The translations under genes and the position numbers were made by a program. 64,000 bases of DNA, from positions 11,783,129 to 11,847,128 of the forward strand of contig CM082576.2 in assembly GCA_040954595.2 (NCBI GenBank). The letters run 5' to 3'. How positions within the stretch are numbered: the stretch's first letter is position 1; every line of letters starts with the position of its first letter. The DNA comes from Balanoglossus misakiensis. Lineage: Eukaryota > Animalia > Hemichordata. Under the pieces are notes generated by a model. It was not told the origin of the DNA, did not search any database, and was given only the letters and a program-made list of their open reading frames with translations. Below are positions 54,948 to 64,000 of this stretch, in pieces.

Positions 54948-55220
54948 ATGGCAAAACTTTTTTTTTGACGTTTAATGTCATTATGTAATTCGCTGCCTCT
55001 TTTTGAAAGATGCGCTAATCAATTTTCATACGATCTTCAACTAAATTTAACTATCTTACCGTTTCGTTTGCGTTGTTTAAAAGTGTCAATGCTGAATTTG
55101 CATTTTAAGAAGTCAACCGATACAAGTATTTCGTGGTTATTTGCAACACCACTTTCCAGTAGAAAAGTCCACACTTCCAAAGAAACTATGATGCATTCGT
55201 ATTGTGTGATATATACTTAT

Positions 55221-55226
55221 AATAAA
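55221..55226 (+). terminator. Candidate polyadenylation signal of the nAChR gene
   Basis: AATAAA ~270 nt after the stop codon, with a second one near 55319. Confidence 0.35.
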
Positions 55227-55784
55227 ACGCTGTGAGAATAGCATTTCTTGTGACGTAACTGATAACTAGTAGATGTGAGTAAACACAGTCTGTGGAGTAA
55301 ATTAGGTGTTGAAAGTGAAATAAAATCTAAAGGCAGTCTTCATGGTTGTGAGCGAAGGAAAATTGTATTATGTTGACTGATGTAGAGTTACAAAAAGTCA
55401 CGCTGAACTTCAGCAATTTTACCGATAATTTTCATGACAGGTGGAAAAGGTCAACTCCTCTGCTACTTGCCAAAATTAAGATGTCCACCAATCATACTAG
55501 TTTGGGAATAAAATACACGAAATATAAGCACTGCACGCCATTCCTTGTGTTAGGTCGAAGAATTTCACCGGCTGGAATACGCGGACTGATGAACCACAGC
55601 AATTTTCGGCGATGCGTGTGATCTTGAACTAATCGAAGGCTTCACCATGCCTCGTTCTGAACTCACGGGTTAATTTTAATTGTCACCTTCTTATCTCATT
55701 GTCGCTGCACCGTTGTATTAAAGTAAAGTAATAAAACGTATTCATTACTGTTGATGTGGTGGTGGTGGCGGCGGTCTCGACAAG

Positions 55785-57827
55785 ATGGACAGCTTCGCAG
55801 CCCTTTGGCGCATTTATGTGGCCGCGGCGACTGTAACAGGTGAGTTACACACCAACAGTTCAGAGTTTCATGTCTAAACTGGATCTCTAGAACTATAGTG
55901 CTTCTGTAGAGAGCTGGCCAGTTACTTGTCATATCGCAGTGTACGTACCAGGTTAAATAATGCTAATCATTATTTTGGTATGGTATATAACATCAATTCA
56001 GACCCACAGCGCGCGATAGCTGTCTGTTCCACGATGAAATGATTACTAGTAATTCACCTCATCGTTGAAAAACGTAGTATGGCAACATTTTGTCAAGAAA
56101 TCTTGTTACTCCAAATCTCGGTTTCAATTAATACAAGAAGAGTTAAGGTTAAGCATTGTCCCGAGAGCTAGGTTGAATTCATTCGACAGCCATTGTTCTC
56201 CGGTCGATGACGAATGTTCCTATCAATCAACGCACCTGCCACAGTGCAGCGTACAATGGATTACGATCACTGAACACAATCGATTTGCAATAAAAAAAAT
56301 CTTCATGGTTGGATAACGAAGGACGGTATGTATCTGCTCCTGAAAGAAATGACGTCTTTCCCAGCTGTATTAGGAGACTACTGTACCGGATATTACGACT
56401 CGCAAGGTGCCTGGATTTCGGGTTTCTCCTGCCCCACGGTTTATGATTGGGATAACGAGCGCTACTGCTGTGGATCGCCTTCCAACAAGTATTGCTGTGA
56501 AAAATCCAGTGGTGATTTAGATTTAAATGCGGACGATGGCCAAGGATTTGGGTGAGCATCGAGTGAACTTGGTCGACATGCATTTTTTTCCCAAATGATG
56601 TCAATTTGATTTTAAGTGTGCTAATTGTAGCGCTGTGTCTTATAAGTATGTGCGTTATTATTTTTTTCCGTAAATAATGTTTTAAAAATGTATAAAACAT
56701 TTGAGACGTCAACATACCATATTCGACAATGCACCCTAACACTTCTGGGACGATACATGTAACGTGTTTTTATTTTTTGTTGCGAAGTATTATATAAATC
56801 TTTTGAGCACGACTCTGACGATACAATTAACACTTTCCACACCCATATACCGATTCTTTAAATAGTGTGACGGCGATGTGCCCGCCTTCGTTTGCAACCA
56901 ATTCCCACAATATCGATTCCACGTTCGCTGTGGACGAATGTAACCCCAGTCTGCGAATTACGACCGACATCTTCTCATCATAATTTGGCTTCGAATCTTA
57001 TCTTTCCGCAATTAGACCAGTTATGGGCGTCATCATAGGCATAGTTGGCCTCATCCTACTGGTGGTAGTCACCGTCCTCATCTGCCTGTGCTGCTCAAGT
57101 TCGCCCTCTGGCGGTGGCGGAAGTCGGGATACCAGAACTACAAGTACAAGACACGTGATACGTGAGTACTGGAACGGCTTGCGCATCGTTTTTATGCCAC
57201 TTTTCCGTCCTTTTCCTTGCTTTGGTCACAAGTAGACTCTCTTATTCTAATATTGCACAGTACTGTTATCCGAAAGGCTATCAAGTACTCGCTGTTACCA
57301 TGGCATCGCTGTCCACTGACTAGACTGAGCCGTTTAATAGGAGATTTCTGGTTTCGAGCCCTGGCATTGATGTGGTGTATATTGTGTTGTGTTCCAGAAC
57401 AAGGCCCTTTATATCTCTGTGCATCTTCCCATAGTAAGGGTTAATTGGTAGAGATTGAACCGTAGTGTGCGCGTTCTGAAGGTGTGCTGTGCCGATGACA
57501 ACTGTTGCTATAGACTAAACCACTATCAATCATTATACATGTATATTCACAGACAACCGCCATCCTGCCATTCCAACGAGACACACGTCAACACAGACGT
57601 ATCCAGCGCAGCGACCTGCATCCAGTTACCACCGCACGGCGCTAAAACTTGGTTCTTACACCCCTAACAGAGCCAGACGGCCGAGGTCGAGTTTCTGCCG
57701 TACAACGCATACGCCACTTTATTCCCATCGATCTGAACGCCCAGCCGCTCAAGTGCATTACCTGTCTGTGTCGACAGGCAACGATTTTCTCCACTCACCC
57801 AATGTTATCACTCCTGTGCACATATAA
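55785..57827 (+). CDS. Shisa-family single-pass membrane protein (Shisa4/5-like), copy A
   Basis: Exons 55785-55839, 56365-56551, 57016-57161, 57553-57827 (phases 1,2,1). Signal peptide MDSFAALWRIYVAAATVTAVLG, Shisa domain DYCTGYYDSQGAWISGFSCP...RYCCGSPSNKYCC, TM GVIIGIVGLILLVVVTVLICLCC, and a Pro/Arg/Thr-rich tail ending TPVHI*. Confidence 0.85.
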
Positions 57828-58927
57828 AGTGTATTTTGATGCTTAATTCATTAAACAACGAAATTATCATGACAGTTGTGTAAGTTTGATATATTCGACG
57901 AAGTTTATCACGACGCGTGTAACTTCGTAACGCGTCGGTTTTTTTTCTTCTGGCCAGAGTGGATTTTTTGAACCACATTATGTAAGATTTAACACAATAT
58001 TATGGACAGGTGAGATAATCCCTCTGATGTATATCGATTAGGATTTTCCTAGTCAAGGCATAAAAATGACGTTTCTGATACAACCAATTCTAGAATTCAC
58101 ATTTTAAATCCTGTTCACAGTATTGGCGCGAAAGCAGAGATAAGAACAAACGGTTAGGGGAGGTCAACCGAATCAGAGCTAACAGGGCTAAACCTGGTAC
58201 ATTTCTGACCGACGGTAAGCAATCAAGCGAGTCCTCCTGTGTCCCAGTCACAGTATCCAGCATGTAATTCTTAGCAGTAACGTGCAACCACATGTACTCT
58301 TTGTCTGGAACGTTGTACGGTTGACCAGTTTCCGTAAAACTGTTTGGTGTCAGTGCTTTTGCTCCGGTACTGAGAAAGGGAATGACGGAATTTGTTGCAA
58401 GATCAACACACCACCGATGTTTCCAGCTTCTTTTCAGAGAGGGCGCCCCGGGACGCTTATTTTATGACCCCTCCCCCCCTTAAAAAAAGCCGTAAAAAAT
58501 TGGCCGTAAAACAAGGTTACAAGAAGCTTTGGTATCTCACAAAAGGTATCTCACAAATGCTAGTACAACTGAGTTCTTTGAATATTGAAATGGAGGAAAT
58601 GCAGTGGTTTGTGTGGATAGTCGTACGATGTGGAATACTCTTCTTTTTAGTTACCAACCCGAGACGCGTTCAAAAGACTATACCGAGCTTGTTTTTTTGT
58701 TTTCAAGACTTCCTTGTATTCTCAACAATACAACCATAAGATGAATATATTTTACGATACCAGGTGACTTTTGCCTCGTTTTCGTGCACATACCCCTGGT
58801 TATCGGCCTACACCCGTTTTTATGCACCGCATGTACTACTTTGAGGTCAGCTGGTCAACAACTCGTAGATCGAGTTCCTCTGCTGATTGTTGTTAACAAG
58901 GACAAGACAAAATCTAACCTGCGCAAC

Positions 58928-60491
58928 ATGGGCGCCATTTTGAGGCTGGTCCTGTCGTCCGTTCTGGTATCACTGTTCGCGGAAGGTAGGTTAACTTCAC
59001 GGACAGAGAGAGTGGCAACTCATTTTGATGCTTTGATTTATCTGCAGAGAAAAAAAACTCGACTTAGATGCAAAACGTTTGTGTTTTCCCCCACTTCCCC
59101 ATTTTACTTTCACTATGTTCGAACCTGCGTCACAGGTTCCACGGACTCAGTTCTGCGCAGTTCTGTTGTCGTTTTATCATTGAGTTTTTTTCTTCTATAA
59201 ACGGAAATCATCCGACAAAAGAACTGAAAGAGGTATTCACAGCTCGCCACTCGTTTTTATAGTTCTTCATAGAACAAGGAAGTTAAGGAAAGCTTTCGGA
59301 TTCGGTTGTATTTCAACAAACGTCCGTGACATCTCTCTGCCCTTATGTTTTCCACGTGTTCAAACTTATAGCATTTTCAAAGAAAAGTAGTAGAACACTT
59401 CATAAATTTCTTCAATACATATGATTCCAATATCCAACCGTATTTAAGGCTATGTACATTTTGACGGTTTTTTCTTTCTGCAGGAGCACGAGGACTGCTG
59501 TGCACTTCAAATTCAGATTGTCCACGCCTTTACTTTGACGACGACGAACACTATTGCTGCGGTACTTCGTATTACAGCTACTGTTGCGATTTTACCAGTT
59601 ATCTGTCAGATGCCTTTGACGACTACGACTATTATGAAGATACAGGGTGGGTTTCATTACACAGCTGTACCAGTGTATCAATCAAGCACTAGATTATCCA
59701 ACACGATATAAAGCCACACGGAGAAAATGTGTTAATAGATTTTAGTATACACATCTGCAAGTGAATGGAAATTTTGCTGCATTTGCAGTTTACAAAAACG
59801 TGAAAGTTTAGAAAAAACGTGATGACGGAGAAGAGAATGTGCTTCATTGTCACAGTAGGCGACAGATACTGGTTCATTCTGTAAAAGTTATAAAGTACAT
59901 AAAAGGCTGGTGGCCTTAAGAGTTGAACCACAGACGGCACTAACTCCACTAATTATAGTTATCCATGTTTGTGCATCAACCACAGTTCCTGGGCGGTGGG
60001 AGCAATTGTGGGGATAATATTTGGTGTGATCGGTGCCGTCGTCCTGACCGTTGTCTGCATCGTTGTCTGTGTCTGCTGTGTCTGTAACAAGGGCCGTGGA
60101 AACACAACTACCACCGTGTACCGTAAGTAACAAATTGTTTGGGGGTATCAACCAGGCCTATACTTAGACGGGAAAACCGGCTCGTATTTTACCGTAAGAG
60201 GGGAGGGCCCAGGCCGCGCAAGCTGAACTGAGGACGGTCAAACAGACCCATGTCTCAGTTTGCCCCCGAAAACCTATGCTTTGGTCGGGTTTTTAGATCT
60301 ATCAATATGATTTCACTCCTCTTACAGACTTCTTTTTCTCTCACCTTTTTTGTACAGATTCCCAGGCCGCGCCGGTTGCCACGGTAGCAACAAGTCACAC
60401 AACGACCACGGCTTCTCCCTACCCGACTCAGCCGCCACCCTATGTAAACTTCACCAACGATCAAAGCGGGCAAATTGCCACGAAATATTAG
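58928..60491 (+). CDS. Shisa-like/STMC6 (CYYR1/VOPP1/WBP1-type) single-pass protein with PPxY motif, copy B
   Basis: Exons 58928-58985, 59484-59646, 59986-60122, 60358-60491 (phases 1,2,1). MGAILRLVLSSVLVSLFAEG, then LCTSNSDCPRLYFDDDEHYCCGTSYYSYCCDF, acidic DDYDYYED, TM ending CIVVCVCCVC, and tail ...PYPTQPPPYVNF...ATKY*. Confidence 0.87.
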
Positions 60492-61501
60492 ACAGTGGTG
60501 CCCAGCTTTTCATAATTGTTGTATTGATATGCAAGCTAGGTTGTGTGTTGCATATGTTACGCTTGTAATTTCCATTTGTAACCTATGTATGTTTATATAC
60601 ACAACTTTGTTGGACTAAGTTACTCCCCTAACAATTCAGGAATCGGTTTTAAGATCACGCATTTCTCTAATTCTCTAATATGTAAGTCTAACAAAATGAA
60701 CTATAATCTAGGATTATTTTCAGACATTACACAAGAATCCGTACATTTTTACAGTAAAAGACGACCAAAATCTGAAACTAATTTTGATTTTAGAAGAATG
60801 TTCTCTTGAAAAAATGTTCTATAAACAAAGTTGTATTGTTACCTTGTTTCAAACGACCGTGCCGATTTTTCGCAACTTAATAATTCCAATGCGGTTCAGA
60901 TTCTGTGATTCAATCATAGTCTAGCTGTCAAAGATTGAAATGGGTTGATGTATGGATGAAGATTCGAACATAGCGTGGAAGCAGTTTATTTTCGACTTGC
61001 CGTGTTTTTTTTTTTCAATTTGACTTACCAGTAAACGAGGGATGTTTCAAATAAACAAGATTGTCAAACAGTTTAGACGTGTCTGATCTTCTTCCACTTT
61101 ATGGGCCTTTAGGCTATAGTACAAGGTAATGTACATGATATACGGCGAGAAACGATAAAGGTCGAAGCCCTAGCTTCTTTACTGAATAACATTGTACATT
61201 TGCTGTCGTTCCTTGATGTAGTGTTGTTTTGTGCCGTAGACATTTTCCTTCTACCTGACGGTTTCGTTTTACTTTCTTACAATGCACATCTTTACCTTTA
61301 AAACCTACCGTAGCGAGGCTTGACCAAGTGTTTTTCGCCATAGCCTCGTTTTCGTGCGAAAGCTCAATGGAATGTCGTTGCGTACGTCAATTGAGCCGGG
61401 CCCTTTATTGACCGAATTTATTCAGTCGGTGAATAACAAGGAGTGTGTCGCCACTGTCACTGTTTACATGTAAAAGCTGCGCGAACGTTTCCCCGAACAA
61501 C

Positions 61502-63297
61502 ATGGGCGCCATTTTGAGACTGCTCCTGCTAGCGGGCCTGGTTTTACTTCTCGCGCCAGGTAGGTTGGCACAAACCGTGAGAATGTAACAGAAGTTCGCC
61601 AATTCTTGAGGCAGAAGTCGCTAGGCTTCATGAACTGTCTGTTCCCACTTTATTCTGACCTCGCTCGTGCCGCAGCGGTCACTGTGGTGTGACCGTGAGG
61701 ATATTAATGGCGTTGGGGGTCGGTTATGTTGTTTTTATTGCAATAGAAATACATATGAACAGCTTTTTGCGAAAGACGCACCCCGGTAAGATGTAATAAA
61801 TGGCATTCTTCTTGTGGAAATACAGGAACCAAAATTCTGCTTTGTTTGATGCCGAAGTAGACTGAAACGCATATCAATAATGTGGCTGAAACGTGTAGAA
61901 TCGCAGCAGGTGCAAATACTGAAACAAAAGACATATGTTGGCAGTATAGTACATATCAATCAATCAATTAATCACTCAATCAATTTTATTTATAAAATAT
62001 GCAATTGGACTTGTTTACTCCCCCTGCTATCTCATACAATGTTTTTGAATTTGGCGTTCTTCATGACAGCCGCGTTGCAATTACTAAATGGAAGTTACTA
62101 TTGACAACCAATTCTGTCGACTACTATGAGACTGACCAGCAGCACAAATAGACTTCCTCCCATCCATAATTTCCTTCTACTCGTATTAAATAATTTTGCG
62201 GGTTCGCTTGACCGTTTTATCTTTTCTCTCTCTCTCCAGACGCACTGGGAATTTATTACTGCTCTTCCAATTCAGATTGCCCGGGGTTATTTGACCCGAG
62301 CGATGAGGACTACTGCTGTGGAAATTCCTTTTCTTCGTATTGTTGCGACTTCGGCACTTGGCTGGGAGACGCTTTCGACGACGACGATGATGACGACTGG
62401 TTTGATGATGACGACCGCCATGACATCGGGTCAGTACGGATCATTGATTGCAACGAAAATGTGTTCAACATTATCTTACGGGCTTTACTGCCACTTATTT
62501 TTGTACATGGTGTGGTTACATCTAATACGTGTGTATTTGCGTTTGTGCTGAACGATTTTACTTTTGTATTTATGTGGTGGTGGTGGTGGTGATGATGCGT
62601 GGTGGTGCTTGTCGATTTTGTTGATCTACCTATACCTTGAAGTCACAATCGTTGCCTAAGTATAGTGATACATGCATAGTGAAAGTTATCTACACATACA
62701 CCGTACATACACGACTTCACATACCAGTGACAGTATCAACGTTCAACTTGATATTAAAAGCTCTCTTTTATTTTTCTGTCTTTTGATTCTCAACAGTTCC
62801 CTCGCAGTAGGCATTATCGTGGCCATAATTTTCGGCGTGGTCGCTTTCATCACCCTGGTCGTTGTCTGCATCGTTGTCTGCGTCTGTTGCGTTGGCAACA
62901 GCGGTCGCCGTAGAAACACGACCACCAACGTGTACCGTAAGTAGAGATACGAGATAGACAAACCGCTTTGGTAGGGCAGGCTCAAGCAAACCAGATGTCA
63001 TATTCCATACGCTCTCGGAACATGTGTTCATTTTCGTCTGTTATAATTATAATGTTGGATCTTAGATATTTACATATTCTATATAATTGTTACATAGATT
63101 ATTGTTCCCATTTTCCCCACACAGATTCCCAAGCCGCGCCGGTTGCCACGGTGGTAACCAGCAACACAGCGCCCTCTGGTGCTCCGTACTACCATACCCA
63201 GCCGCCACCGTATGTTAGCTACACCACCCAACCACAACCCTATGTGAATTACACCACCACCACTCAAGGTGGACAAGTAACCATGATGAAATACTAG
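61502..63297 (+). CDS. Shisa-like/STMC6 single-pass protein with PPxY motif, copy C (paralog of B)
   Basis: Exons 61502-61559, 62240-62429, 62797-62936, 63125-63297 (phases 1,2,1). MGAILRLLLLAGLVLLLAP, then YCSSNSDCPGLFDPSDEDYCCGNSFSSYCCDF, poly-Asp stalk, TM ending CIVVCVCCV, and tail HSQAAPVATVV...TQPPPYVSY...MMKY*. Confidence 0.88.
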
Positions 63298-64000
63298 TAA
63301 ACCCTTCCTCCGTCCACCAAAGCTTTACTTTTAGTACAGCTTCTTGCGAAACCGTGTTCCGGCCATGGCAAACAGCGGCAGAGCAAAATGTGAAGAGGGA
63401 TTCGGAGTAACTCTGTCCGTGTACTTCTGTCTTTTTAACACCAAACCTTTGTGAACCGAGCACGTTTTTCAAGTTCCGGAAGAGAACCTCCCATAGGGAG
63501 ACCGACCAAGCCAACTTGACCATGACTAGTGCTGGATATGACCGTGACAAGACTTTCCTTGAGTTTGACCCATCTTACTAGAACCTTGTCTGTATTCTTA
63601 AATATTTACGTGGGAATTTATCGATAATTCAGTGACACCCATAAACATGTAAAGATCTGTACATTTGTATATGACCATGAATTTAAAGATATGATATTTT
63701 TTCTGATGTGTTCTCTTTTTGTACTTTGAACAATTAGATAGATGGTGAATAAATAAATCACGAAGTGTACTTATAAACACACAAAATCGTCTCTTCTGGT
63801 AATATAGGCCTATGCTAAGTGTTTGCGAGGAAAAATATCGGTGACTATCGGAATTGATGTCTTGTTACCCCCCCCCCCCCCCCCCCCCCCGCAGCTAGCT
63901 TCATGAGTGTAGCGCCAGCAGCGTTAGAAAACGGCAGGGTCAAAGTTCATGTGTCAGCTGGGGTCATTTTCAGCTGCAGCTGTGTTTACATGACTGACGA

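Overview
Intron-rich animal genomic DNA, probably from a marine invertebrate deuterostome (the organism cannot be determined from sequence alone). Most entries in the ORF track are spurious or single exons. Manual splicing (GT-AG sites, consistent phases) gives seven apparently intact genes. Two tandem PLAC8/cornifelin-family genes lie on the minus strand (2.5-9.3 kb, 14.8-15.9 kb). A 15-exon SLC5A5/6/8/12-type Na+/solute symporter (-, 19.3-49.3 kb) sits head-to-head with a nicotinic acetylcholine receptor alpha subunit (+, 52.0-54.9 kb), which has an antisense tRNA-Arg(ACG) in intron 3. Three tandem Shisa/STMC6-type single-pass proteins follow (+, 55.8-63.3 kb). The most unusual structure is in the SLC5 gene, where two introns are almost entirely filled by unrelated tandem arrays: a 14-copy ~502-530 bp array with a perfect palindrome at each junction (7.2 kb), and a ~188-copy 88 bp A-tract satellite with higher-order variant blocks (16.6 kb). 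Also present are a Helentron/DINE-1-like element with a long GC-rich hairpin, a small MITE with telomere-like repeats, and microsatellites. No prokaryotic-type system (CRISPR etc.) is evident.
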